A DNA stretch of 64,000 nt from a virus (Duplodnaviria > Caudoviricetes): IMG/VR virus record IMGVR_UViG_3300043406_000131, positions 3,872 to 67,871 of that record. One strand, given 5' to 3'. This document shows, one piece after another, positions 9,879-19,552 of the stretch (positions within the stretch are counted from its first letter, which is position 1; each line of letters opens with the position of its first letter). Below the pieces are notes generated by a model. That model was not told the origin of the DNA. It saw only the letters and a list, made by a program, of their open reading frames with translations, and ran no database searches. The position numbers were made by a program, and so were the translations under genes.

Positions 9879-10364
9879 ATGGACACAATGGAACCCCGCC
9901 CAAGCGAACGAACCGACATCCCAGCCGACCTGACCGCCGCGATCCAGGAGTTCGTGGACGCCGGCAGGAAATACCGGGAGTTCTTGAAGCGGAATCACCC
10001 GGACCGGCTGTTCGGTGTGGTGTGGGCGAGGATGGAAGGCGGTGAGGCGGTGCTGTACTCGGAGTCGGCCGGGTACAGCGAGGTTGTGTTGAATGCGGCG
10101 GCTGGTGTGGATTCAAGCCCGCCGAACGTGGTGACGCCCGGCACGAACGGGACCGCAGGCACCGAGCACAAACAGTTCGTGGCGATGCTTGAACGGTCCG
10201 GTGTCGGCCACGGGTTGCGGTACGATTGGGATCCGGACAGCGTGGCTGTGATGGTGGAGAGCGACAACGAAGGCTATGGGGACGGGTTCACGGTGACCGA
10301 GTTTCAGTTCGCGCCGGATGGTCAGTTGACGGGAGCGACGAGTTATCCGGGAGAGGTCGGGTAA
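9879..10364 (+). CDS. Hypothetical protein
   Basis: Operon context. Confidence 0.6.
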   Translation: MDTMEPRPSERTDIPADLTAAIQEFVDAGRKYREFLKRNHPDRLFGVVWARMEGGEAVLYSESAGYSEVVLNAAAGVDSSPPNVVTPGTNGTAGTEHKQFVAMLERSGVGHGLRYDWDPDSVAVMVESDNEGYGDGFTVTEFQFAPDGQLTGATSYPGEVG

Positions 10365-10424
10365 CGGCTACGCCGCGCGTCGTCTCACGTGGGAAGCACT
10401 GGACGTTCTTCAAGGGCGGGACAG

Positions 10425-10796
10425 ATGGATTCGTTCGCTGAAGTGATCGGCTACACGGTGATGGCCCTGCTCGCCGCGGTCACCGTCCTGACCGTTGCGG
10501 TAGCGGTCGTGGATGTGGTCTGGCGGCGAATCACGGATCGATGGGAACGGATCGAGGCGACCTACCACGGGTGGAAACTGCTGCGGCTGTATCACCGGTG
10601 GTACCGGCGGAAGAAGAAGTGGGAGCGGACCGTTGGACTGCTGGAGATGGATCCGATGTGGCGTGACTTCAAGAAGTGGCGGCAGGTGCGGAGCGAGATC
10701 CAGATGGGCAGGCGGGAGAAGCCGGCGGGGTGGGATTACGATCTGGTGCCGTTGAAGGCGCAACCGGTCGCGGAGTACAGCGAGGACTACGAATGA
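10425..10796 (+). CDS. Hypothetical membrane protein
   Basis: TM VMALLAAVTVLTVAVAVV; ATGA coupling to next gene. Confidence 0.6.
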   Translation: MDSFAEVIGYTVMALLAAVTVLTVAVAVVDVVWRRITDRWERIEATYHGWKLLRLYHRWYRRKKKWERTVGLLEMDPMWRDFKKWRQVRSEIQMGRREKPAGWDYDLVPLKAQPVAEYSEDYE

Positions 10797-11110
10797 CCGA
10801 TACCGCTCTCCTCGACCCCGAAGGCCACGTCGCCGCCGGCCAGCACCGCGACCCAGCGAACGGCCGGATCGTGTTCCCGCCTGATGTCCCGCCGACTGGT
10901 CGGGTTCGCCGCGTGTTCCTGCGCCGGATGCTGAGCGCAGAGGCGGCGGCCGAGTCGGAAGAGGTCGGAGAGTTGCACCGGGCCGCGTGGTATCGGGCTG
11001 GCGGCGGGGTCGTGTGTGATCAGTGCGGGGAGGAGTTCTACGACCATCCGCGGGATCCGGTGGAGAGCAGTCTGACGGTGATGTGCAACAGGGAGCGGGT
11101 GAAACTGTGA
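10793..11110 (+). CDS. Hypothetical protein with CxxC/H/C metal-binding motif
   Basis: VCDQCGEEFYDHP...VMC; ATGA overlap. Confidence 0.6.
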   Translation: MTDTALLDPEGHVAAGQHRDPANGRIVFPPDVPPTGRVRRVFLRRMLSAEAAAESEEVGELHRAAWYRAGGGVVCDQCGEEFYDHPRDPVESSLTVMCNRERVKL

Positions 11111-11319
11111 ACGAATTAATGGAAGCGGCCAAATTGTGGTCGCTAGCATCTGACAGGCGAGAAAAAGCAAAGGCGAGAGCCGAGGCCGCTGAGGCCGCCG
11201 TCTATGCGGCGCAAGCGGAACTGAAAGCCGCGAGGGCCGATTTGGAACTCGCCTACGACGAATCTGAACCGGTCCGCGATCGCATACTCGTGGTCTCGGC
11301 GCAATTCAAGGGGACATGA
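11107..11319 (+). CDS. Small coiled-coil protein
   Basis: GTGA overlap; Ala/Glu-rich helix. Confidence 0.5.
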   Translation: MNELMEAAKLWSLASDRREKAKARAEAAEAAVYAAQAELKAARADLELAYDESEPVRDRILVVSAQFKGT

Positions 11320-11531
11320 TGCGTCGGCTGACCGGTGACTTCAACGACTGCGGCAGGAATGGGTATCTCGCCGAAAGCGGCGGCGCGTTCTTTTTCATCA
11401 CCAGCGGCCTGCCGCCAATTCCCGTTCCCCGCGGGGCGGCGATGCTCGCGCATCTTGGAAATGACGAGATAATTGCCTTGAGCGCCGGCGTTCCAGCGAG
11501 AGAACGCAGATCACCATACGTCAGCGAGTAA
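11316..11531 (+). CDS. Hypothetical protein
   Basis: ATGA overlap. Confidence 0.45.
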   Translation: MMRRLTGDFNDCGRNGYLAESGGAFFFITSGLPPIPVPRGAAMLAHLGNDEIIALSAGVPARERRSPYVSE

Positions 11532-11534
11532 TCC

Positions 11535-11747
11535 ATGAACGACGTGTACCGAGACACCGAAGAGCGGCTATACCGCGACCCGATCTTCGCCGGACTGGTG
11601 AAGATTCTGTTCAACGCGGCCATCTCGGAAGGTCTCACGCCTGGGGAACTGAAACAGATCGCGTTCTGTGCGGCGATGCAGGCCGAGCAGCACGCGTCCC
11701 GTGTGAAGGTGACGGCGCAGTTGCGAGGGGTGTTACCGACCCGATGA
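11535..11747 (+). CDS. Hypothetical protein
   Basis: Operon context. Confidence 0.6.
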   Translation: MNDVYRDTEERLYRDPIFAGLVKILFNAAISEGLTPGELKQIAFCAAMQAEQHASRVKVTAQLRGVLPTR

Positions 11748-12064
11748 AAGCCGCCCTCTCACCCGCCTACGTCTGGGACTGCGACAACTGCGGCCGCGAG
11801 AACTGGCAGCGGTCAATCACCAACGTGCTCGACCCCGACGATCCCGACGACGCCGAGATGATCCGCGGCATGACTGGCCGGGAGGACGGCGAAGAGATCG
11901 ACCCCGACGAGGTGTATTCGATCCAGACTTCGCCGACGAATGTGACGTGCAAGTGGTGCGGGTCGGAGTATGAGACGGTTGCGCTTGGGCAGCGGGATGT
12001 GTACGGTGATGACCAGGACGATGACGATGACGAAGAAGGCCACGACGAAGAGGAAAGTGAGTGA
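11744..12064 (+). CDS. Acidic Zn-ribbon protein
   Basis: WDCDNCG...VTCKWCG; acidic tail. Confidence 0.7.
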   Translation: MKAALSPAYVWDCDNCGRENWQRSITNVLDPDDPDDAEMIRGMTGREDGEEIDPDEVYSIQTSPTNVTCKWCGSEYETVALGQRDVYGDDQDDDDDEEGHDEEESE

Positions 12065-12333
12065 TGGAACCTGAAACCGTTAGCCTTCCGTTCGACACCG
12101 ATCGTGGATGGCCGGCACGGTTAAACTCACCGCTGCCACCCGAACGAGTAAAGACAGAGATAGAGCTTCGGGCAACGTGGGAAGCAAGGCGACAACGGAT
12201 CATGGGTCCGATCATCGATTCGATCATCCGTGAACTGGTCGCCAGTCAAGAATGGCCGCTCTCGGTTCCGGAAAAGATCGCCATCAGTTTCGACCACGGC
12301 ACCAACTACAGCAGCGCCAGAACCCAGCGATAA
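12061..12333 (+). CDS. Hypothetical protein
   Basis: GTGA overlap. Confidence 0.5.
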   Translation: MMEPETVSLPFDTDRGWPARLNSPLPPERVKTEIELRATWEARRQRIMGPIIDSIIRELVASQEWPLSVPEKIAISFDHGTNYSSARTQR

Positions 12334-12339
12334 TCCACC

Positions 12340-14724
12340 ATGCCCCGCCCCAAATCCTCCAAGCCCGCCGCCGATCGACATCGCGAGAAGAACGCGGCCG
12401 ACAACCTCCGCAAACGCCAGCAGTCCGAGGACGGCCGCGACATCGGCACACCGCCACCGGTCAAGAACCAGAAGCGCCGCAAGAAGTGCGAGCGGTCGTT
12501 CCTCCAATTCTGTCTCACCTACCTGCTCAACCGGTTCCCGCTGCCGTTCTCACCGGATCACCTGTTAGTGATCGCGAAACTGGAGCAGTGCGTGCTGCGG
12601 GGTGGGCAGTTCGCGCTGGCGATGCCCCGCGGCTCGGGAAAGTCGAGCCTATCAGAAGCCGTGGCCATGTGGGCGACCTGCTACGGCCACTGTCGGTTCG
12701 TTGTGCTCGTCGGCGCGTCGGAGGATCACGCTGAGCAGATGTTGGACTCGATCAAGGTGGAGTTCGAGACGAACGAACTACTGGCCGAAGATTTCCCGAA
12801 GGTCATCTACCCGATCTTGAAACTGGAGAACATCGCGCACCGGGCCGCCGGCCAGACCTGCGGTGGGCAGCCGACCAATATCCACTGGAGCAACAAGAAG
12901 ATCGTGCTTCCCACGATCAAGGGGAGCAAATCAAGCGGAACGGTGGTCAAAATCGCCGGAATCACCGGCCGCATCCGTGGGCAGAAGCACACGACGGCCG
13001 ACGGTGAATCGATCCGCCCTGACCTCGTGGTAATCGACGACCCACAGACCGACGAATCTTCGGCAAGCGCCACCCAAAACGACAAACGGGAACGCACCCT
13101 TGCCGGCGCGATCCTCGGTCTCGCCGGCCCGGGCAAACTCATCTCCGCGATCATGCCGTGCACCGTGATCGAGAACGGGGACATGGCTGACCGGATCCTC
13201 GACCGCCAGCGGCATCCGGAGTGGAACGGCGAGCGGATGCAACTCGTCTACGAATTCCCCACGAACAAGGCGTTGTGGGAGAAATACGCCACGATTCGGG
13301 AGGATTCCCTGCGCGCCGGGGCTGGGATCGGCCCGGCAACCGAGTTCTACAAGGCGAACAAGGCGGAGATGGACGCCGGCGCTCGCGTAGCGTGGGAAGC
13401 ACGGTTCCGACCGGACGAGGCGTCAGCGATTCAGCACGCCATGAATCTGCTGTACCAGGACGAGCGGTCGTTCTGGTCGGAGTACCAGAACAAGCCGTTA
13501 CAACCGCGTGCGTCCGACGATCGCCGAGAGATGACGGCCGACGAGATCGCGAAGAAGTTGGCCGGGATCCCGGCGGGCCGGGTGCCGCTCGAGGCCACGC
13601 GGCTTACCGGGTTTGTGGATGTGCAGGGGAACATTCTCTTCTACGTCGTCTGTGCGTGGGATGAGCGGTTCAGCGGGGTTGTGCTCGATTACGGGACGTG
13701 GCCGCGACAGACCCGGGGTTACTTCCACAAGAGCGATGCGAATCCGAACTTCGCGAGCCAGTACCCGAAGCACTCGCAGGAGGCGGCGATCTACGCGGCG
13801 TTGACCGACCTGACTGACCAGTTGCTCGGGCGTGGTTATCGTCGCCACGGGAGCGAGGAACTGGTGCGCGTCGAGCGACTGATGATCGACGCGAATTGGG
13901 GGAAGAGTACCGACGTCGTGTACCAGTTCATCCGGCAGTCGCGGTGGAGCACGATGTTGCTGCCTTCCCACGGGCAGGGGTTCACGGCGGCGCGGAAGCC
14001 AATGGCGGAGTGGGGGCCGCGCACCGGGGATAAACCCGGGCTGAACTGGCGGATCGTCGCGCCGGCGAGCGGTGGGAACAGGAAGCAGCGGCACGTGGTG
14101 TACGACACGAACTGGTGGAAGTCGTTCGTCATGTCGCGGCTCGCCACTCCGATCGGGTCGCCTGGCTGTCTGGCGTTGGGCGGGGATCGAGCTTCGGATC
14201 ACATCATGTTCGCGGATCACTTGACGTCGGAATACTCGGTGACGACGGACGGCCGCGGGAGGAAACTGGAGGAGTGGGCGTTGAAGGCGGACCGGCCGGA
14301 TAACGACTGGTGGGACTGTTTGATTGGCGCGACTGTCTGCGGCTCGATCGCCGGGGTACCGTGGGAAGCCGGGTCATCGGCGCCGGGGTCCGCCCCGCCG
14401 AAAACGGAGGCGAAGGCCAAGCCGCTGACGTTCGCGGAACAGCGGGCGAGACTGGACGCGGCGAAGGCGGGAGCGGCGGGAGCAGGGGGGAAGGACGGGG
14501 CCGGGAACAAGAGCACGGCCTGCCCGCCCGAACGTGGGAAGAATGCGGCACCGGTCGCGGCTGGCGAGACACCGAACGAGTCTGCGACGCCAGCCCCATC
14601 ACCATCATCGCCGGCACCCACACCGCCGCCGAACCTCGGGCCGCCGCCGGTTGCCGAGCCAAAGAAACTGAGTTACGCGGAGCAGCGGGCGAAGTTGGAT
14701 CGGGAGAGGGGGCGACGGCGATAA
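12340..14724 (+). CDS. terL: Terminase large subunit (GpA-like)
   Basis: Walker A MPRGSGKSS, VVIDDPQTD, nuclease GFVDVQ, NDWWDCLIGA; precedes portal. Confidence 0.9.
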   Translation: MPRPKSSKPAADRHREKNAADNLRKRQQSEDGRDIGTPPPVKNQKRRKKCERSFLQFCLTYLLNRFPLPFSPDHLLVIAKLEQCVLRGGQFALAMPRGSGKSSLSEAVAMWATCYGHCRFVVLVGASEDHAEQMLDSIKVEFETNELLAEDFPKVIYPILKLENIAHRAAGQTCGGQPTNIHWSNKKIVLPTIKGSKSSGTVVKIAGITGRIRGQKHTTADGESIRPDLVVIDDPQTDESSASATQNDKRERTLAGAILGLAGPGKLISAIMPCTVIENGDMADRILDRQRHPEWNGERMQLVYEFPTNKALWEKYATIREDSLRAGAGIGPATEFYKANKAEMDAGARVAWEARFRPDEASAIQHAMNLLYQDERSFWSEYQNKPLQPRASDDRREMTADEIAKKLAGIPAGRVPLEATRLTGFVDVQGNILFYVVCAWDERFSGVVLDYGTWPRQTRGYFHKSDANPNFASQYPKHSQEAAIYAALTDLTDQLLGRGYRRHGSEELVRVERLMIDANWGKSTDVVYQFIRQSRWSTMLLPSHGQGFTAARKPMAEWGPRTGDKPGLNWRIVAPASGGNRKQRHVVYDTNWWKSFVMSRLATPIGSPGCLALGGDRASDHIMFADHLTSEYSVTTDGRGRKLEEWALKADRPDNDWWDCLIGATVCGSIAGVPWEAGSSAPGSAPPKTEAKAKPLTFAEQRARLDAAKAGAAGAGGKDGAGNKSTACPPERGKNAAPVAAGETPNESATPAPSPSSPAPTPPPNLGPPPVAEPKKLSYAEQRAKLDRERGRRR

Positions 14725-14790
14725 GGTCAGGAAAAAGCTATACTTTGTTCGTCATCATCGCAATCGAACATCAAGGAGGAGTGATCACGA

Positions 14791-14958
14791 ATGAAGGCGT
14801 TTCTCTGCCCGCAATGCTCATCCCGTACTCGCGTTACTCGCACCGTCGCCAACTCCCGCTCGCTCGCCACTCGCTACCGAATCTGCAAGGGATGCGGCTT
14901 CCGGATCACCACCGAAGAACGGATCCGCGGCAAGCGGCAACCGATCAAGCCGAAATAG
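14791..14958 (+). CDS. 55-aa Zn-ribbon protein, NrdR N-terminal/Ogr-Delta-like
   Basis: MKAFLCPQCSSRTRVTRT...RYRICKGCGFRITTEER; strong RBS AAGGAGGA at 14773; below ORF-track cutoff. Confidence 0.75.
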   Translation: MKAFLCPQCSSRTRVTRTVANSRSLATRYRICKGCGFRITTEERIRGKRQPIKPK

Positions 14959-14959
14959 T

Positions 14960-15004
14960 TTTCCACATATGGAACGATTGCAAATAGCTTTCCATATGTG
15001 GAAA
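14960..15004. promoter_or_regulatory. Perfect 15-bp inverted repeat with 15-bp spacer upstream of head genes
   Basis: TTTCCACATATGGAA-N15-TTCCATATGTGGAAA. Confidence 0.75.
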
Positions 15005-15067
15005 CGTTGCTAATCCGCACGCCTCAACCCCACTTCCAACCACGCCACGGCATGCCATGCTCACCGC

Positions 15068-15289
15068 ATGCCCGACCTGTCTGAACTCGTTGAGACCGCC
15101 GCTGCAAAGCCGGCCTCTGCGACCGTGGACGGTCAGTCGATGTCCGCGGTCTCAATCCCGGACCTGATCGAAGCGGCTCACTTCCAGGCTGGGCAGGCGG
15201 CCGTCGTCGGCACCAACGATAACGGCGGCCCCAAGTCTGGGTGGCGCATGACCCGACCCGCCCGGGTTGTCCCTCCGGGGGCATCCTGA
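15068..15289 (+). CDS. Head completion/head-tail adaptor (gpW-like position)
   Basis: Small gene between terminase and portal; PASATVDGQS...IPDLIEA...RVVPPGA. Confidence 0.65.
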   Translation: MPDLSELVETAAAKPASATVDGQSMSAVSIPDLIEAAHFQAGQAAVVGTNDNGGPKSGWRMTRPARVVPPGAS

Positions 15290-15291
15290 AC

Positions 15292-16890
15292 GTGGTCACA
15301 ATCCTCGATCAGTACGGCAAGCCGCTCCGGGCTGAGAAGCCCCGGCAGGTCGCGCAACGCCAGCGTGCCGACGGTCCCGGCGGGTCCGGTCACCAATCCT
15401 CCTACGACGCCGCCGAAACCAACGACGGGAACTATCGGCATTGGGCCAAGGCTGATGCCCTCAGCGCCGCCGCTGCCAACTCCCCGGCGATCCGCAAGAA
15501 ACTCCGCGAACGAGCCCGGTACGAGTGCGCGAACAACGGCAATGCCAAGGGCACCGTCGAGACGATTGCTCACGACACGGTTGGCACCGGGCCGCGGTTG
15601 CAACTCACCATCCCAGCGACCACCCCCGAAGGGCGGCCGGTCCCGCCGGACGCGGCCCGGCGCATCGAGCGGTTGTACGGGGCGTGGTGCAAAGACCGGG
15701 TTGTCAACCTCGGTGAAAAGCTCCGGATCATGTCCGAGAGCGAGACCCGCGACGGGGAATGCTTCGGCCAACTGACCACCAATCCCAAGGTGCGCGGTCT
15801 GGTCCAACTCGACTTCCAACTGGTGGAAACCGAGTGCTGCGCGTCCCCCGATCTGCTCGTTACCGACAAGTTCTCGGTCGATGGAATCCGGTTCGATTCG
15901 TACGGGAATCCCACCGAATACGACTTTTTGACCGAGCACCCGGGCGATTCGACTTGGTTCTCAGTCCAGGAGGCCAAACCGGTCTCCGCCGATTACGTGG
16001 TCCACTGGTTCAGGCCGAACCGAGTGGGGCAGCGGCGCGGGGTGCCTCGCATCACCCCGGGACTCCCGCTGCTGGCTCAGCTACGGCGATACTCGCTCGC
16101 CGTGCTGAGCGCTGCTGAAGTCGCCGCGATGATGGCCGGGGTCATGGAAACCGGCTTGGCCCCGGATGATGGCGGGGCGATTGAGATTGAGGCTTACGAC
16201 TCGATCCCGTTCGAGCGTGGCGCGATGCTGTCTCTCCCCAAGGGGTGGAAGGCACAAGCGTTCAAACCCGAGCAACCCACCACTACCCACGGGCAGTTCA
16301 AGGACACCTGCCTGACCGAATTCGGTCGCGGCGTCCACGCTCCCCGCAACGTCGTGACGGGCGATTCGTCGCCCTACAACTATTCGTCCGCACGTTTGGA
16401 CCACCTCATCTACCGCGGCGCGATTCGCGTCGAGCGGGGCCGGCTGGAAATCGCGGTTCTCAACCCGGTGTTCCAAGGCTGGCTGGATGAGGCGCTGTTG
16501 ATCCCGGGATACCTGCCGGACAACCTGCCGCCAGTCTCTGAGTGGATCTGGACGTGGCAGTACGACGGGTTCCCGGCGATCGACCCGGTGAAAGACGCGG
16601 TTGCCGCACAGATCCGCCTCGAATGCGGGCTCACAACCTACTCCCAGGAGTTCGCGGAGGACGGCCGCGATTGGGAAGAGGTGTTCGAGCAGAGGGCGCG
16701 TGAACAGGTGCGGGCTGAGGAGTTGGGGTTGAAGCTGTTGGGTCCGGCCGTGGTACCGGCGCCGATGGTCGCTCCTGCGCCGGCCCCGGGGACTCAACCG
16801 CAGGACGAACAACTCGACGACAACGGCGAGCCGATTCCGCCGCCGGAAAGCAGCGATCCCGCCAAGGTTCGGGAGGCCGCTTATGTTTGA
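15292..16890 (+). CDS. Portal protein, lambda family
   Basis: LRERARYECANN, GQRRGVP, NYSSARLD, IDPVKDAVA...RLECGL motifs. Confidence 0.92.
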   Translation: MVTILDQYGKPLRAEKPRQVAQRQRADGPGGSGHQSSYDAAETNDGNYRHWAKADALSAAAANSPAIRKKLRERARYECANNGNAKGTVETIAHDTVGTGPRLQLTIPATTPEGRPVPPDAARRIERLYGAWCKDRVVNLGEKLRIMSESETRDGECFGQLTTNPKVRGLVQLDFQLVETECCASPDLLVTDKFSVDGIRFDSYGNPTEYDFLTEHPGDSTWFSVQEAKPVSADYVVHWFRPNRVGQRRGVPRITPGLPLLAQLRRYSLAVLSAAEVAAMMAGVMETGLAPDDGGAIEIEAYDSIPFERGAMLSLPKGWKAQAFKPEQPTTTHGQFKDTCLTEFGRGVHAPRNVVTGDSSPYNYSSARLDHLIYRGAIRVERGRLEIAVLNPVFQGWLDEALLIPGYLPDNLPPVSEWIWTWQYDGFPAIDPVKDAVAAQIRLECGLTTYSQEFAEDGRDWEEVFEQRAREQVRAEELGLKLLGPAVVPAPMVAPAPAPGTQPQDEQLDDNGEPIPPPESSDPAKVREAAYV

Positions 16891-17812
16891 GAACGGAATC
16901 AACCTCGACTCCATGTTCCATGTCCCCGTGTTCCACCGTTTGGAGGAATACGCGGGGGTTTGGGCCATGGAACCGTCCGCCGCCGCAGTCTTCGCGGCAT
17001 CCGTCCGAGGAATCAATCTTGCTTCCCACATTGCGGAGGCAAACGAGCGCATCCGCGCCAATGGCGGCCGAGCGGTCAAGCCGAACAAGGCAGGGCAACC
17101 GCTCAACCCGATGGCCGGTCCGGCCCCATCGCTCACCGAGCCCATCACGGTCAAGGGCGGCAAAGACATCGCGATGATTCGCGCGGTCGGCACGCTGATG
17201 AAGCAAGAGTCTTCGATGGGTGGGACGTCAACCATCCAGCTTCGCAAAGAGATCCGGTCGGCCGTCAATAACCCGCAGGTCGGGGCGATCCTGTTGGCGA
17301 TCGACTCCCCCGGTGGGACGGTCAGCGGGATCGCGGATCTGGCCAGCGAGGTCAAGAACGCGACCCGCAAGAAACCAGTCTACGCCCACATTGACGACCT
17401 CGGAGCGTCCGCCGCCTACTGGATGGCATCGCAGGCCGACCAGATTTTCGCCGGCAACGCCACCGCCAAGGTGGGAAGCATCGGCACGTTCCAGGTGGTC
17501 TACGACTACTCGGGCGCTGCCGCCGCCGAAGGAATCAAGACGCTCGTATTCGCGACCGGCCCGCTCAAGGGGCTGGGCGCGATGGGTGCGCCGGTGACCG
17601 ACGAACAGCAGGTCTACCTGCAATCGATGATCAACGAATCGCAGACGCATTTTGATTCCGCGGTCCGGTCTGGACGCGGGATGAACGCAACACAACTGGC
17701 GGCCGTTCGGCACGGGGGAGTTTTCCCCGCTGGCGAAGCCGTTGAGAAGCGCCTGATCGACGGGATCAGGTCGCTGGAGAAGACGATTGAGGCGCTGGCC
17801 GCCGCAAGGTAA
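16883..17812 (+). CDS. Prohead protease, S49 (SppA-like)
   Basis: ILLAIDSPGG, GASAAYWMASQAD, VGSIG. Confidence 0.92.
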   Translation: MFENGINLDSMFHVPVFHRLEEYAGVWAMEPSAAAVFAASVRGINLASHIAEANERIRANGGRAVKPNKAGQPLNPMAGPAPSLTEPITVKGGKDIAMIRAVGTLMKQESSMGGTSTIQLRKEIRSAVNNPQVGAILLAIDSPGGTVSGIADLASEVKNATRKKPVYAHIDDLGASAAYWMASQADQIFAGNATAKVGSIGTFQVVYDYSGAAAAEGIKTLVFATGPLKGLGAMGAPVTDEQQVYLQSMINESQTHFDSAVRSGRGMNATQLAAVRHGGVFPAGEAVEKRLIDGIRSLEKTIEALAAAR

Positions 17813-17830
17813 CGCCAGAGGAGAACGACC

Positions 17831-19426
17831 ATGGAATTCGAAAACTGGTGCACGGCCAAGGGCTTCGATGTCAGCACGATGAATGCTGCCATGAAGGCGA
17901 CTCTTCAGGCCGCGTGGCGGGCGGAGGTGAATCCCGCCCCCGCGAATCTGCCGGAGAACAAGCCGCCGACTTCGGCGGTAAACGTCACGCCGACGTCCAC
18001 GACTCCGTCCAGCAGCGGCGTCACCGGGCCGAGCATTGACGACATCGTCAGCGCCGCCCGCGTCGAGAACGAGCGCCGGCAGCAGACGACCGAACTCATC
18101 GCCGAATTCGTCGGCATGTGCCCGGGGAACGTCAACCAGTTTGAGCAGATCGGCCGCAACGCGATCGACACTCGGGCCGCGGTCGCCACGACCCGCAAGG
18201 AACTCGCCAACGCCCATGAGCTCTACACGCTCCGGACGCTGCGGCCGGGCTCGTCGCCGAACATCATCACCAACTCCGGCGCGCAGGTCGTTGACAACCT
18301 GATTCTGGAGGCCGCGGTCTGCCGTGCCGGCCGTCTCCCGAATCTGGAGAGCAACTACCAGCCCCGCGTGCTGGAAGCCGTCGACCACCGCTTCGGCAAC
18401 CAGGGCATCGGGCTTGTCGAACTGATCGGGATGTGCGCCCACCAGAACGGGTTCCGGGGTACCCCCGGCCGTAATCTGCCGGCCGCGCTCCGGGCCGCGT
18501 TCCGGGCCGACGACATGCGGGCCGATGTCGGGCCTTCCACGCTGAGCATCAGCGGGATCCTGTCGGCGACCGTCAACAAGTTCCTGCTCGTCTCGTGGAT
18601 GAGCGTGGAGCAGGAGTGGCGCAAGATCAGCGCCATCAAGACGGTCAAGGATTTCAAGACCATCACCTCCTACTCGCTCACCGGTGACCTCGCTTACGAG
18701 GTGGTCAACCCGGGCGGCCAGATCGCTCACGGCACGCTCGGCAACGAGAGTTACACGAACTCGGCCGACACCTACGGCAAGATCCTCGGTGTCGATCGGC
18801 GTGACCTGATCAACGACGACCTGGGCGCGTTGACCAATATCGGCAAGCGGCTCGGGCGTGGTGGGGCGCTGAAGTTGAACGAAGTGTTCTGGACGGAATT
18901 CCTCGCTGACCACTCGACGTTCTTCCCGGTAGACAACAGCCGGCTCAACTACGACGCCGGCACCGACACCGAGTTCAACGCCGATGGTCTCGTCAACGCC
19001 GACATCATGTGGGACGCCAAACTCGATCCGGACAACAAGCCGCTCAGCATCGCGGCCAAGTACATCCTCACCCCGCCTTCCCACAAGATCGCGGCACGGC
19101 GGCTCATGACGAGCCAGTCCGTGCAGAAGGACACCGACGCCGGCGATGTCAACCCGTGGGCCGGGATGTTCGAGGTGGTCTGCTCGAAGTACCTGGCGAA
19201 CAGCGCCATGGGCGGCGGCTACTCGTCGCTGGCGTGGTACCTCATCGCCGACCCGAACGATCTCCCGGTGATCGAGACGTGTTTCCTGAACGGCAACGAG
19301 ATGCCGACCATCGAAACCGTCGAGATGGACGGCGACCGGTTGGGCATGGCGATGCGCGGCTACCACGACTTCGGCGTCAACAAGCAGGAATACCGGGCGG
19401 CCCTCAAGCTCAAGGGCGCGGCCTGA
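17831..19426 (+). CDS. Major capsid protein (Mu gpT-like domain, N-terminal scaffold region)
   Basis: VKDFKT...GQIAHGT...TYGKILGVDRRDLINDDLGA...HDFGV; position after protease. Confidence 0.85.
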   Translation: MEFENWCTAKGFDVSTMNAAMKATLQAAWRAEVNPAPANLPENKPPTSAVNVTPTSTTPSSSGVTGPSIDDIVSAARVENERRQQTTELIAEFVGMCPGNVNQFEQIGRNAIDTRAAVATTRKELANAHELYTLRTLRPGSSPNIITNSGAQVVDNLILEAAVCRAGRLPNLESNYQPRVLEAVDHRFGNQGIGLVELIGMCAHQNGFRGTPGRNLPAALRAAFRADDMRADVGPSTLSISGILSATVNKFLLVSWMSVEQEWRKISAIKTVKDFKTITSYSLTGDLAYEVVNPGGQIAHGTLGNESYTNSADTYGKILGVDRRDLINDDLGALTNIGKRLGRGGALKLNEVFWTEFLADHSTFFPVDNSRLNYDAGTDTEFNADGLVNADIMWDAKLDPDNKPLSIAAKYILTPPSHKIAARRLMTSQSVQKDTDAGDVNPWAGMFEVVCSKYLANSAMGGGYSSLAWYLIADPNDLPVIETCFLNGNEMPTIETVEMDGDRLGMAMRGYHDFGVNKQEYRAALKLKGAA

Positions 19427-19552
19427 TCCTCGCCTCCTGATTGATGTCCCGGGCTCAACGATGCGCCCGGGACAGTTCTCAACAAGCAACACAACGGCCG
19501 ATCCGCGGCGAAACGAACATCACACTCAAGAACTTCAGGGGGTATACCCGCC

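Noticed and set aside
17228-19492. 754-aa minus-strand ORF
   Set aside because: Antisense shadow of the protease and capsid genes in GC-rich DNA; no motifs
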